Shown here: positions 10,545 through 20,720 of the stretch, piece by piece | How positions within the stretch are numbered: position 1 is the first letter of the stretch | How the letters are laid out: the number at the start of each line of letters is the position of its first letter | Assembly: GCA_947088865.1 (NCBI GenBank) | Contig: CAMUHY010000019.1 | Span: 2,185 to 66,184, forward strand | DNA from: an uncultured Eubacterium sp. | GTDB taxonomy: Bacteria; Bacillota; Clostridia; Lachnospirales; Lachnospiraceae | Reading direction: 5' to 3' | Length of the DNA stretch: 64,000 nucleotides | Made by a program: the position numbers and the translations under genes | Notes under the pieces: model-generated | Seen by the model: the letters and a program-made list of their open reading frames with translations, nothing else | What the model was told of the DNA's origin: nothing | Database searches by the model: none

Positions 10545-11465
10545 TTACTGCCATTCATAAGGCGTGTTTTGATAAACATAATAATTCAACCAATTAGTAT
10601 ACAAATTATTTGCATGACTTCGCCACGACAAGACTGGTTTTCTATTGCAGTCATTATCAGGATAGTAGTTAATAGGCATATCCACATCTGTAAGTCCTTT
10701 TTCTAAATCTCTCTTATACTCTAAACCTAATGTTAATCGGTCATATTCTGGATGTCCCATCACAAATATTTTTTTACCATCTTTGCTTATTGCTAAATAA
10801 ATTCCTGCCTCGTTGGAATCAGCAAGCACGATTAAATCATGATTATTTAAAATATCCTCTTGACTCGCCTGTGTATAACGTGAGTGCGGAGCCATAAAAA
10901 AGTCATCAAAACCTCTTACAAGAGGTTCTTTACGATTCATTACTTTATGTCTGTACACACCAGAAAGTTTTTTTTCTAAAATCTCCTTTTTAACCCCATA
11001 ATGATAATAAAGACCCGCCTGTGCGCCCCAACATATATGCAATGTCGAGGTCACATGCTTCTTTGACCATTCCATAACGGTTGACAACTCTTCCCAGTAA
11101 TTGACTTCCTCAAAATCTAATTTTTCAACAGGAGCTCCTGTTATAATCAAACCATCAAATTTTTTATTCTTAATTTCTGAAAATGTCTGATAAAATTTTT
11201 TAATATGAGAAGCCGATGTATTTTTAGAAACATGACTTTCCATCTGTAAAAAAGTGACGTCAATCTGCAATGGCGTGTTGGATAATGCGCGCAATAACTG
11301 TAATTCTGTATCTTGTTTAATAGGCATCAAATTTAAAATAACAATTCTTAATTCTCTAAAATCTTGAGAAAGCGCTCTGCTTTCGTCCATAACAAATATA
11401 TTTTCTTCTTCCAATTCCACCTTTGCTGGCAAATCACTTTGAATCCTAATTGGCATATATCGCAC
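10545..11465 (-). CDS. metA: Homoserine O-acyltransferase (MetA/MetAA)
   Basis: [32 protein letters not shown] and GHPEYD motifs. Confidence 0.95.
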   Translation of the reverse strand: MRYMPIRIQSDLPAKVELEEENIFVMDESRALSQDFRELRIVILNLMPIKQDTELQLLRALSNTPLQIDVTFLQMESHVSKNTSASHIKKFYQTFSEIKNKKFDGLIITGAPVEKLDFEEVNYWEELSTVMEWSKKHVTSTLHICWGAQAGLYYHYGVKKEILEKKLSGVYRHKVMNRKEPLVRGFDDFFMAPHSRYTQASQEDILNNHDLIVLADSNEAGIYLAISKDGKKIFVMGHPEYDRLTLGLEYKRDLEKGLTDVDMPINYYPDNDCNRKPVLSWRSHANNLYTNWLNYYVYQNTPYEWQ

Positions 11466-11591
11466 TCCTTGTATATAAAATTATTTATCCTCATTTTTTA
11501 TCAAACGGATAGTTGCAGATCATTTTGATACTTACTCATATCTTTATTACTACTTTTCATGACATTTTAACAGAAAATTGAATTATTATGC

Positions 11592-13574
11592 TTACATTTC
11601 CACATTGGCAATCTTTAAAAATTCATCTTCTGTGATAACAGGTACATTTAATTTTGCTGCTGTCTTATTTTTCGTTGATTGAGAGGTATTATCATTGTTA
11701 ATAAGGTAGGTTGTATTTTTACTAACAGAGCTAGCCACCTTTCCGCCAAGTGATTCTATCAAATCTTTCAGCTCATTTCTATTATTAAAATGATGTAATG
11801 ACCCTGTTATTACAAAAATCTTTCCATCCAGTATCTTAAGGGTATCATCAACCACTTCTTTTTTAATATCAAGCTCATTGAGCAATCTTAAAAAAACATC
11901 TTTTTTATCTTTATCTTCAAAATAAGATACAAATGCATCTGCTATAACAGCTCCAACACCATCAATTGATTCTAATTCATCTCTTGTCACACAAAGAAGT
12001 TTCTCAGAATCACTGCCAATCCATTGAACAATCATTTTGGCAACGGAAAGTCCAATATTAGAAATGCCAAGACTAAATATCACTTTTGGCATTGTTGTAT
12101 GTCTGGAATGTTCAATAGCTTCTATCAGTTTATCAAATGACCGTTTTCCAAATCCTTCCAGCTCAACAATATCTTCCTTATATTCTTCTAAATGATACAA
12201 AGATACATAATCCTTTAAAAATCCATGTTGTACAAATTTTTCAATGGTAGCCTCTGATAATCCATCAATATTCATGGCATCTCTTGAGACAAAATGTGCA
12301 AAACTTTTAATATGTTTTGCCTGACAATCTGGATTTGTACAATACAACGATTTTACACCATTTTGTTGTTCTATACTCGTCAAACCACCACATACTGGAC
12401 AATTTTTTGGAATTTCACAATTACCACTTTTCGTCTTGTTTTCAGCAATTTGAGGAATAATCATATTGGCTTTAAAAACAGAAATGGTATCTCCTATTCC
12501 TAACTGCAAACCTTCCATAATACTGATATTGTGAACACTGGCACGGGATACATTGGTACCTTCCAGTTCAACGGTGTCAAAAATAGCAATGGGATTAATC
12601 AAACCCGTTCTGGAAGCACTCCATTCAATTTCTCGAAGAATAGTATCTGCCGTTTCATCTGTCCATTTATATGCAAGTGAATTTTTGGGGAATTTTGATG
12701 TTTGTCCCAAAGAATCGCCATAAGCAATATCTTCATATATAATAACTAGCCCATCCGAAGGAAAATCATTTGTTTTTACCTTTTCCTCAAACCACAAAAC
12801 CATTTCCTTTAAATTATCTTGGTCTACTTCCTTATGTTCAACAACATCAAATCCTAAATCACTCAACCATTGAAACTGTTTCATTATAGAGTTATTAAAA
12901 TCTTTTTCGGTCGCAGTCACTAAATGAAAAGCAAAAAATTTCACATTGCGTTCAGCTGTTATTTGATTGTTAAGTTGTCTCACAGAACCGCTACAAAGAT
13001 TACGTGGATTTTTATACTTGGCGTCAACTTCTGGAATATTGGCGTTGATTTTTTCAAAATCAGAATACGTAATAATCGCTTCGCCTCGAACAATAAGTTT
13101 TCCAGTATAGGGTATTGTCAATGGAATATTTTTAAAAACTTTTGCATTGTTTGTAATGATTTCTCCAACTTCTCCATTGCCTCTGGTTACCGCTTTATAA
13201 AGTGTTCCATTTTCATACGTCAAGACAATGGTTAATCCATCCAACTTCCATGAAAGAACACCCTTTTGACTTCCAAGCCAATCTGAAAGTACTTCTATTT
13301 CTTTTGTTTTATCAAGACTAAGCATAGGGCTTTCGTGTCGTTCTTTTGGTAATTCGCTTAAAACTTCAAATCCCACATGAATTGTAGGGCTATTCGACAA
13401 GACATGTCCTGTTTCTTTTTCAAGTAAAACCAACTCGTCATAAAGCTTATCATATTCAAAATTAGTCATAATTTCAACCCCTTTTGAATAATAACTTTTG
13501 CCAGCTTCATTTAAAATCTTAACAAGTTCTTTAATTCGATTAAGCTTATCTGCCATACTCTTCCTTTCCAACAT
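11592..13574 (-). CDS. ligA: NAD-dependent DNA ligase
   Basis: KLDG adenylation motif, TRGNG, NPRN..GS, C4 zinc finger and C-terminal BRCT (FVITGSL). Confidence 0.96.
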   Translation of the reverse strand: MLERKSMADKLNRIKELVKILNEAGKSYYSKGVEIMTNFEYDKLYDELVLLEKETGHVLSNSPTIHVGFEVLSELPKERHESPMLSLDKTKEIEVLSDWLGSQKGVLSWKLDGLTIVLTYENGTLYKAVTRGNGEVGEIITNNAKVFKNIPLTIPYTGKLIVRGEAIITYSDFEKINANIPEVDAKYKNPRNLCSGSVRQLNNQITAERNVKFFAFHLVTATEKDFNNSIMKQFQWLSDLGFDVVEHKEVDQDNLKEMVLWFEEKVKTNDFPSDGLVIIYEDIAYGDSLGQTSKFPKNSLAYKWTDETADTILREIEWSASRTGLINPIAIFDTVELEGTNVSRASVHNISIMEGLQLGIGDTISVFKANMIIPQIAENKTKSGNCEIPKNCPVCGGLTSIEQQNGVKSLYCTNPDCQAKHIKSFAHFVSRDAMNIDGLSEATIEKFVQHGFLKDYVSLYHLEEYKEDIVELEGFGKRSFDKLIEAIEHSRHTTMPKVIFSLGISNIGLSVAKMIVQWIGSDSEKLLCVTRDELESIDGVGAVIADAFVSYFEDKDKKDVFLRLLNELDIKKEVVDDTLKILDGKIFVITGSLHHFNNRNELKDLIESLGGKVASSVSKNTTYLINNDNTSQSTKNKTAAKLNVPVITEDEFLKIANVEM

Positions 13575-14268
13575 AAACTGCTTTACAAAGTTCTATATAC
13601 TCCTCATCTGTAATGCGTCTTATTGCCCCAACAGGCAAATCATTTAACATAATGTTTACAATTCGTATTCGTTCTAATCGTATTACCTTCACTCCAAGAC
13701 TTTCACACATACGTCTTATCTGTCTGTTTAATCCTTGTTTTAAAATAATACTAAATCTTCTCTTACTTAGCAATTTTACCTCACATGGCATTGTTGTTCT
13801 ATCCAACTCTTTAATATACATTGGAGCTTCCATTTTTTTTACAAATGTTTTATCTAAATCTTTATCAACATCAACAATATATTCTTTTTCATGTCCATTG
13901 ACAGAACGCAACAACTTATCCATTAATTCTCCGTCATTTGTCATTAAAAGCAATCCTTGTGAGTCTTTATCCAGTCTTCCTATGGGATAAATTCTTTTCG
14001 GATAATTTAAGTAATCAACAATATTGTTACTTCCCTGATTGCTCGTTGTTGTACACACAATACCAACAGGTTTATTCACTGCAAGCAATATTCGCTCTTT
14101 TTCTATTTTGACAAGTTTTTCGTCAATATAAACATTGTCGTTTTCTGTCACTTGACTTCCCATCTGTGCAAGGTCTTGATTGATTTTAATTTTTCCTGCA
14201 GCTATCAACCTATCTGCCTCTCGTCTGGAACACACGCCTGCCAAACTCAAATATTTATTAATGCGCAT
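13546..14268 (-). CDS. rRNA pseudouridine synthase (RluF/RsuA family)
   Basis: S4 domain (MRINKYLS..G.CSRREAD), GRLDKDSQGLLL and GLNRQIRRM. Confidence 0.9.
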   Translation of the reverse strand: MRINKYLSLAGVCSRREADRLIAAGKIKINQDLAQMGSQVTENDNVYIDEKLVKIEKERILLAVNKPVGIVCTTTSNQGSNNIVDYLNYPKRIYPIGRLDKDSQGLLLMTNDGELMDKLLRSVNGHEKEYIVDVDKDLDKTFVKKMEAPMYIKELDRTTMPCEVKLLSKRRFSIILKQGLNRQIRRMCESLGVKVIRLERIRIVNIMLNDLPVGAIRRITDEEYIELCKAVYVGKEEYGR

Positions 14269-14402
14269 GGGTATCCATTTCCTTTCGTATAGCTATAACT
14301 TATGATATCCTAATAAAAAACATCAAAATTTATTTTATAAACTTTACAATGACAGCTTTGCTATGGCTATTATATCATAACTTCTTATGTAGTAAGATGC
14401 CA

Positions 14403-14445
14403 AAAGTTTGCAAAGCAAACTTTTATAACTCGGCTTTGCCGAGAT
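14403..14445. repeat. REP-like double hairpin
   Basis: AAAAGTTTGC-AAA-GCAAACTTTT followed by CTCGGC-TTT-GCCGAG. Confidence 0.5.
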
Positions 14446-14578
14446 TATTATATCATAAAACACTCTTTTAAAAAATGTTAAAATTTCGCAAAACAAACTT
14501 GTTTTTTACAAGTTCCATTATCGTATTTTTTTCTTACAATTATTTTTCTACATGATAAAATTTGTTTCCTATAATAAA

Positions 14579-15040
14579 TCATTTTTCTTTTTCAAGCAAT
14601 TTATCTAATTCTGCACACAATCGAGTTTTTAAATCTTCTAATTCTTCTGGCGTTGGCAAAAATTCATCTGCTAATAATTCCTGTCCTAATTTCCAGACAG
14701 GTCCTCCTGTCTCAACGTCTCCTGTTCTTCTAGGAAAAAGATGCCAGTGCATATGTACACCACTGCCTGCTCCTAACAGTTCATAATTCAACTTATCTGG
14801 CTTAAAGGCATTGTAAACAGCCTCTGCTACAATTGCCATTTCGTGAAGAAATTTATCCCTAAAATCAGGCTCCAAAAAATGTAACTCTGTTGCATGTTCT
14901 TTGCAAAGAAACAAAGAATACCCTTTAATACGCTGATGGTCTCCAATGACAACATATCCTGTATTCAATTCTTTAACAAAATATGGGTTCTTACCATTTT
15001 TAATCCAATCAATTCTCTCACAAACCATACAATGTCCCAT
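14579..15040 (-). CDS. HIT family hydrolase
   Basis: HMHWH histidine triad. The start is probably MGHCMVC at 15040; the longer ORF-track N-terminus reads through a repeat. Confidence 0.85.
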   Translation of the reverse strand: MGHCMVCERIDWIKNGKNPYFVKELNTGYVVIGDHQRIKGYSLFLCKEHATELHFLEPDFRDKFLHEMAIVAEAVYNAFKPDKLNYELLGAGSGVHMHWHLFPRRTGDVETGGPVWKLGQELLADEFLPTPEELEDLKTRLCAELDKLLEKEK

Positions 15041-15044
15041 AAAA

Positions 15045-15140
15045 ATCCTCATTTCTGCGCTGCTTTTTGCGCATAAGCAACTTTGTGTCAAGCAACGCGC
15101 AGACACAAATTGCGGTGTGAAAAATTTATTTTTCACACTA
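15045..15140 (-). repeat. Intergenic repeat family B copy 1 (RBS-proximal)
   Basis: GTGTGAAAAAT-nn-ATTTTTCACAC palindrome (15115-15138) plus a TTTGTGTCTGCGCGTTGCTTGACACAAA hairpin, ending in GCAGCGCAGAAATGAGGA just before the HIT start codon. Confidence 0.65.
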
Positions 15141-15257
15141 CCTGCCTCCATTTATTCTATCTACTAATTATTGTATCATTCCTGTTTTTAATTATCTACT
15201 GCTCCATTATCAATATTATAAAAACTTTACAACCATCTGTTTTTAAAATGCGCTCAT

Positions 15258-15926
15258 TCAATTCTCCATCTTAACCTTTTTGTAAATATAATACGTATAA
15301 TAAACACTAACGATTGTAACAGCAGCAAGAATTCCCATTGTCCATAAAAAGCAGGTCATTCCTTTTGTCAAACAAGAAACTGCAAAAATAAAAATGCCTG
15401 CTGCTATAAATAAAATGCCGCCAAATCGTTGGCTTTTTTTCCAAGTCCATTCATTTTCCATACTCCAAATTGTTCTTACACCTAACATTGAATTTAAGCG
15501 CGCTTTTGGCATAATATTTCCTATAATTATCATCAATACGCCAAGTATTCCACATGTAATTTGATTAATATCAATAGCAGCTAAAGAAAGATTTTCAATG
15601 TTAGTGAAATCTGTATATAAAGAATATCCTGTAAGCGCATTAAAAAGAATAAGACATCCAATACCTGTAATCAGACAGATATTTTCATTATTTTTTCCGT
15701 CTTCTTCTTTTTTTGCACAGTACCTTGCCATACCCAGCATAAAAAAGCCAAAAACTATTGTAAATACAGGAAAAATAAGCGATTCATATTTGCTTCCCCA
15801 TCGAGTAATTTCACCATGAAAATCATAATGCGCTGGTATTGTATCCGGCAAAAATGGCAATGCAATACAAACTACTACTAATGGCAAATACATAAAAATA
15901 TACAATATTATTTTTTTCATTTTCAT
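15258..15926 (-). CDS. SdpI/DUF1648 family membrane immunity protein
   Basis: LPDTIPAHYD..GEITRWGSK, GVRTIWS..NEWTWKKSQRFGG and multiple TM helices. Confidence 0.85.
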   Translation of the reverse strand: MKMKKIILYIFMYLPLVVVCIALPFLPDTIPAHYDFHGEITRWGSKYESLIFPVFTIVFGFFMLGMARYCAKKEEDGKNNENICLITGIGCLILFNALTGYSLYTDFTNIENLSLAAIDINQITCGILGVLMIIIGNIMPKARLNSMLGVRTIWSMENEWTWKKSQRFGGILFIAAGIFIFAVSCLTKGMTCFLWTMGILAAVTIVSVYYTYYIYKKVKMEN

Positions 15927-15983
15927 ATTTAACCTCCATACCTGACTAATTTTTACAAATTCCTAATCGTCTTATTATTGTTT

Positions 15984-16253
15984 TTAATTTTGGTTTTTCC
16001 GCAAATTATCTATCCACAATATTGTTTCATCAAGAATGGATAAATTTAACTCATAATATATAAAATTTTTATAACGTGTCTCATAAATCAAATCCGCCTT
16101 TTTTAACTTTGATAAATGATAGGATAATGCTTGCGGTGTCATATCTAATTCAATAGCCAAATCACCAGAACTAATTTTTCCCTCCTTCAATTTTAATAAA
16201 ATATTTCTACGAGTCTCATCTGCCAGTGCTGCCAAAGTTTCGTTTATTGCCAA
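15984..16253 (-). CDS. ArsR/SmtB family repressor (SdpR-like)
   Basis: LAALADETRRNILLKL..LSYHLSKLKKADLI; directly upstream of the SdpI-like gene. Confidence 0.88.
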   Translation of the reverse strand: MAINETLAALADETRRNILLKLKEGKISSGDLAIELDMTPQALSYHLSKLKKADLIYETRYKNFIYYELNLSILDETILWIDNLRKNQN

Positions 16254-16270
16254 TCTTTCACATTCCTAAG

Positions 16271-16348
16271 TATTTCAAATTTTCTTTAAATAGATTATAC
16301 TATTCTATATTTTTAACGTCAATAGCTATTTAAAATTTTTTTTAAATA
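16271..16348 (-). promoter_or_regulatory. sigma-A promoter flanked by two imperfect palindromes (candidate SdpR-like operators)
   Basis: Minus-strand TTGACG-17-TATAAT. TATTTCAAATTTTCTTTAAATA (16271-16292) and TATTTAAAATTTTTTTTAAATA (16327-16348) lie on either side. Confidence 0.55.
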
Positions 16349-16500
16349 CTCAATTATCCTTTAACACATAGAAATTGAATCTCTTTTACAAGTAAAAAAC
16401 AGCTCAAAAAATTTATGCCTGTTATAAAAAAACATTTCAATATATATTATCTCTATAAACTATCATTGATTTTTACACTTATCTGCTATATAATTTTTAT

Positions 16501-16560
16501 CAAGTCAAATGGAAAGGCAAACATGCCGCAAATATGTCCGCTGAGTTTCGTTGCTCACAG
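16501..16560. repeat. Intergenic repeat family A copy 2
   Basis: CAAGTCAAATGGAAAGG..GCAAATATGTCCGCTGAGTTTCGTTGCTCACAG resembles the element at 7978-8040. Confidence 0.55.
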
Positions 16561-16607
16561 GAATACAACAGTAAAAATAAACAAAAAATAAAGGATAAAG
16601 AACAGAT

Positions 16608-17090
16608 ATGAGACGTGCTGATAGGGAAATTCAAAATATAAAGGATATTATTCAAGTGATGGAAAAATGCGATGTGTGTCGTTTAGCTTTAAATGACCAC
16701 GATTATCCATATATTCTGCCGCTTAATTTTGGTATGCAGACAGAAAAAGAACAAATCATTTTATATTTTCATGGAGCAAACGAAGGAAAAAAATACAAAT
16801 TGATTGCAAAAGACAATCGTGCCAGTTTTGAGATGGATTGTTCACACAATTTAGTTACCAGCATATCCAATGGAAGCTGCTCTTGTACAATGGAATATGA
16901 AAGTGTTATTGGTCATGGTCGAATCGAAATTGTCCCTGACGATGAAAAATATCAAGCCTTATGTTTATTAATGAAACATTATCACAAAAAAGACTGTTCC
17001 TTTAACCCATCTGTAATGTCACACACTACGGTGTTAAAGCTTACCGTAGAACAAATCAGTGGAAAAATTCGCATGAAAAAAGAGCAATAA
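16608..17090 (+). CDS. Pyridoxamine 5'-phosphate oxidase-like flavin-binding protein (NimA-like)
   Basis: MRRADREI..CRLAL..YILPLNFG..LYFHGA.EGKK..YESVIGHG pattern. Confidence 0.82.
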   Translation: MRRADREIQNIKDIIQVMEKCDVCRLALNDHDYPYILPLNFGMQTEKEQIILYFHGANEGKKYKLIAKDNRASFEMDCSHNLVTSISNGSCSCTMEYESVIGHGRIEIVPDDEKYQALCLLMKHYHKKDCSFNPSVMSHTTVLKLTVEQISGKIRMKKEQ

Positions 17091-17180
17091 ATTTTTTATC
17101 TTTGCTCTTAAATATTGGTAATATTATTATTTTATATCTATACAAATGCAGAATCGAATAAAAATTTATAATTTATTGGA

Positions 17181-17208
17181 TTGACTTTTTACGATTCTTT
17201 GATATAAT
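17181..17208 (+). promoter_or_regulatory. sigma-A promoter upstream of the tRNA
   Basis: TTGACT-16 nt-TATAAT with an extended TG. Confidence 0.6.
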
Positions 17209-17320
17209 GGTATTCGTTTGATAAAAAAAGAGTGGATTGAATTTACCTAAGGATGCCATTTCCTAATAGGGAAATCATAAGCGTAAGTCCAATTTATGGA
17301 TTTGCGCTTCTTTATATTTC

Positions 17321-17393
17321 GTGCATGTAGCTCAGTGGACAGAGCGTTTGCCTCCGGAGCAAAAAGTCGTGGGTTCAACTCCCATCATGCACA
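17321..17393 (+). tRNA. tRNA-Arg (anticodon CCG)
   Basis: Acceptor stem GTGCATG/CATGCAC, D arm GCTC/GAGC, anticodon arm TTTGC-CTCCGGA-GCAAA, T arm GTGGG-TTCAACT-CCCAT. CCA is not encoded. Confidence 0.93.
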
Positions 17394-17559
17394 TTTATAT
17401 CAACATTATTGATACTAGATTAATAATAACAGTCTCTTTTACAATATTTTTATGTTAATTGAAACTGCTTGAGGGTCAACCGCCTTTTCGTAAAATAAAC
17501 TATACTAAAAATATATTGGCATTATGACCCTCATTACATGTTGATTTATCAAATTGTTA

Positions 17560-18471
17560 TCAAACGTGCATAATAATTTCTCCGTCTTTTCTTACATACT
17601 CATAAATATTATCCGATAAAACTTCTTCTGCTGAAACCCCTTCAATATTGACTTCTCGAACCATTTTTTTTAATATTTCTTTGTCAAATCCTTTTGACTT
17701 TGGCAAAAGAATAACCTCATGCACAGAAGATGGCAATATGTAAACATCTGAATTAATGGAATCTGCAAAATGCTCTAACACCCCATCATAAAAAATACAG
17801 GAAGCCCCACTAATTCTTGTGTTATTTGTCATTACATACATTTCATAATCTCGATTAAATACATTGATATGATAATCTCCTGTGCCGCCTTGACATTCTC
17901 TTGCGAACTCATTTAACAGTGAACTCATTGGTTTTATAACACATTCAAACAATTCTGGCGTATTATTTACTGCTGCTAAATATAAATCATCCTCTGTAAT
18001 TTCCCATACTGCAAGATGTTCATTATGCACCATTGCTGATGCGCTAATATTATCCCAATGTTCAATAATAAAATAATAAACGACTGCTAAATCCAGCACT
18101 TTTCTATGTGGCACATCCGCTAAAAGTTTTTGATTTTTATCATAATTTATCACTTTATATATAATCTTATCTTTAATATTTCTATAATCCTCAAAAAATT
18201 CTGTATTGATATCCATATTATTTTTATTTTCTACATGTGTATTATAAATTTCATCACATATTGTATCAATACTGCATCCATTTACATAATCTTTATAATA
18301 GCTGTTTACATAAATAGTCGGTGCAACTTTGCTGCCTTCTTCCATTATTACAATACCATCTAATTCTTTGCCATTATTTTTAATAATATGGTTTATTGTA
18401 ATACTATCCTTTTTATCAGCGAGTTTTGCCACCCCCTCTTTTACATTATTTAAAAAATCATAATAGTTCAT
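17560..18471 (-). CDS. DUF5688-like family protein
   Basis: KNNG..LDGI, APTIY, DLAVVY and YILPSSVHEVIL..LS..IYEY. The start is placed at MNYYDF (18471). Confidence 0.7.
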   Translation of the reverse strand: MNYYDFLNNVKEGVAKLADKKDSITINHIIKNNGKELDGIVIMEEGSKVAPTIYVNSYYKDYVNGCSIDTICDEIYNTHVENKNNMDINTEFFEDYRNIKDKIIYKVINYDKNQKLLADVPHRKVLDLAVVYYFIIEHWDNISASAMVHNEHLAVWEITEDDLYLAAVNNTPELFECVIKPMSSLLNEFARECQGGTGDYHINVFNRDYEMYVMTNNTRISGASCIFYDGVLEHFADSINSDVYILPSSVHEVILLPKSKGFDKEILKKMVREVNIEGVSAEEVLSDNIYEYVRKDGEIIMHV

Positions 18472-18475
18472 ATGT

Positions 18476-18540
18476 ATCCTCTTTTCTGCGCTGCTTTTTT
18501 TGTATAAACAGTTTTGTGAAAAGCAACGCGCAAACACAAA
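18476..18540 (-). repeat. Intergenic repeat family B copy 2 (RBS-proximal)
   Basis: Aligns without gaps to 15045-15109 and ends GCAGCGCAGAAAAGAGGA just before the start codon. Confidence 0.65.
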
Positions 18541-19187
18541 CTTCTCGATTCAAAATTTCCATTTTCATCTTTGTACCTCTTTTATTATTAATTTATAAAC
18601 TACCATAAAATGAAAATTTGTTATTTGTTAGAATAGAATAGGAATTAAACCATACTGTTATTTTAAAAACGATTACTTAAAAAATAGTATCTAAAATAAT
18701 CATGATGGTATGAATAAGTATATCTTTTGGATATACTCATATTGGATACAGATTAAATATCTGCAAAGTATTCATAGATTGTGTTTCTTAATAAAAAGTA
18801 AGTAATCTCATTTTTATAAAATTTACTTGTTGACTTATCATATTTACTAAAAAATTTAAAATGGTTGTATTAAAAAAATATTTATCCATTCTTATAACCT
18901 TTTTATTAAATCAATCACATAACCATACTATGAAAGAGAATTATAACTTTTAGTACTATAAAATTATATATATCAATATTAAATCTTTAATATACAAAAA
19001 GTATATATCTTTGCTTTTATTCTGTCAATATACTAAATGTAAATTTTTTATTCTATTTTGGAAATTATGTTTATTTTATTTAAAAAAATGTTATACTATT
19101 TTTAAAGGATAAAAGTTATTATAGCATTCTATCCAAATCAAACGATTAACTTCTTTATAAAAAACTCTTGCAACATGGAGGTTCAAC

Positions 19188-20720
19188 ATGCTCACATATT
19201 CATTTGAAAATATTGGCTCTCAACATTTATATGAATATCTTTATCACTGCATCAAAACAGATATTATAAACGGTATTCTCCCATCAGGTGAAAAACTGCC
19301 TTCCAAAAGGTCTTTTGCTAAAAATCTTGGAATCAGTACGATTACTGTTGAAAATGCCTACGAACAATTAATTGCAGAAGGATATATTTATTCCATTGCC
19401 AAAAAAGGATATTATGTAGCAGATATAACAATGATTGAAACGTTACATCCGCTTCCGTCTTTAAATTCAAATGACACTACATATTACAATACATTTTCTG
19501 CTAATCAAAATAATCTTATATCGGAAAATACTTATTTTGCTACACAAAATAACTTGACATCAAATAACATTTTTCCTGCCACACAAAATATTTTTCTTTC
19601 AAAGGATAACATACACCAATCTTATAAGATTGATTTAACATCCAACAAAACACCTGCTGCCATGTTTCCTTTTTACACTTGGTCTAAATATCTTCGTGAA
19701 GTGATAACGAACCAAAGCGATGCCCTGCTGCAATCTTGTCCTTCCGGCGGAATTTATGATTTAAGATGTGCAATCAGCCGCCATTTACGAGATTTTCGAG
19801 GAATGAATATTCATCCAGAACAAATTATTATTGGTGCAGGAACAGAATATCTCTATGGACTTATTATACAACTTTTAGGACGAAACCATACGTTTGCTAT
19901 GGAAGAACCTTGTTACAGCAAAATACGAAAAATTTATAAAAGTAATGATGTTTCCTGTAAATCCATTGTTATGGATGAACAAGGTGTCGATATTCATGCC
20001 CTCTATAAAAGCAAAGCCAATATTATACATATATCCCCATCACACCACTTTCCAACAGGCGTTGTCACCAGTATAAAAAGGCGTTATGAACTTTTATCTT
20101 GGGCAATGAATAATAAAGACCATTATATTATTGAAGATGATTACGACAGTGAATTTCGCTTATCTGGAAAGCCTATTCCTTCCATGCAAAGTATTGATAA
20201 AACAGGACGTGTTATCTATATCAATACTTTTACAAAATCCTTAACACCAACGATACGAATTAGTTATATGATTTTACCAATCAATCTTTTGCATCTTTTT
20301 AACAAAAAATTAGGTTTTTATTCTTGTACCGTATCCAATTTTGAGCAGTATACATTGGCTCGTTTTATAGAGACAGGACATTTTGAAAAGCATATCAACC
20401 GAATGAGACTTTATTATAGAAAACAGCGGAATCAATTTATTGACGCTTTAGAACATAGCCCTATATCCGATAAAATAACGATTGACAAAGCCGATTCAGG
20501 GATTCATTTTCTAATGCAAATAGACACTCCTTTAACTGATAAACAACTGATAGAACACGCTTACAAAAATGGTTTAAAATTATCTTGTCTTTCGGATTAT
20601 TATGAAAATTCTATATATGCCAAAAGCGGAATAATTGTTATCAATTACTCCGCCTTAAGCTCTGAAAATATAAGCACTACCGTAGAACTATTGTGCAAAA
20701 CTATTCTTCATTCATTTTAA
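19188..20720 (+). CDS. MocR/GabR (PdxR-like) regulator: GntR HTH plus PLP-dependent aminotransferase domain
   Basis: GEKLPSKRSFAKNLGISTITVENAYEQL, ISPSHHFPTG, IIEDDYDSEFR and TFTKSL.P..R.SY. Confidence 0.9.
   Translation: MLTYSFENIGSQHLYEYLYHCIKTDIINGILPSGEKLPSKRSFAKNLGISTITVENAYEQLIAEGYIYSIAKKGYYVADITMIETLHPLPSLNSNDTTYYNTFSANQNNLISENTYFATQNNLTSNNIFPATQNIFLSKDNIHQSYKIDLTSNKTPAAMFPFYTWSKYLREVITNQSDALLQSCPSGGIYDLRCAISRHLRDFRGMNIHPEQIIIGAGTEYLYGLIIQLLGRNHTFAMEEPCYSKIRKIYKSNDVSCKSIVMDEQGVDIHALYKSKANIIHISPSHHFPTGVVTSIKRRYELLSWAMNNKDHYIIEDDYDSEFRLSGKPIPSMQSIDKTGRVIYINTFTKSLTPTIRISYMILPINLLHLFNKKLGFYSCTVSNFEQYTLARFIETGHFEKHINRMRLYYRKQRNQFIDALEHSPISDKITIDKADSGIHFLMQIDTPLTDKQLIEHAYKNGLKLSCLSDYYENSIYAKSGIIVINYSALSSENISTTVELLCKTILHSF

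Noticed and set aside
11466-11591. SAM riboswitch or T-box upstream of metA
   Set aside because: The leader is short and AT-rich, with no S-box core or T-box (TGGnACC) motif visible.
17370-17540. tRNA-Arg 3' end as the attachment site of an integrated element
   Set aside because: No duplicate of the tRNA 3' end and no integrase was found nearby in this window.
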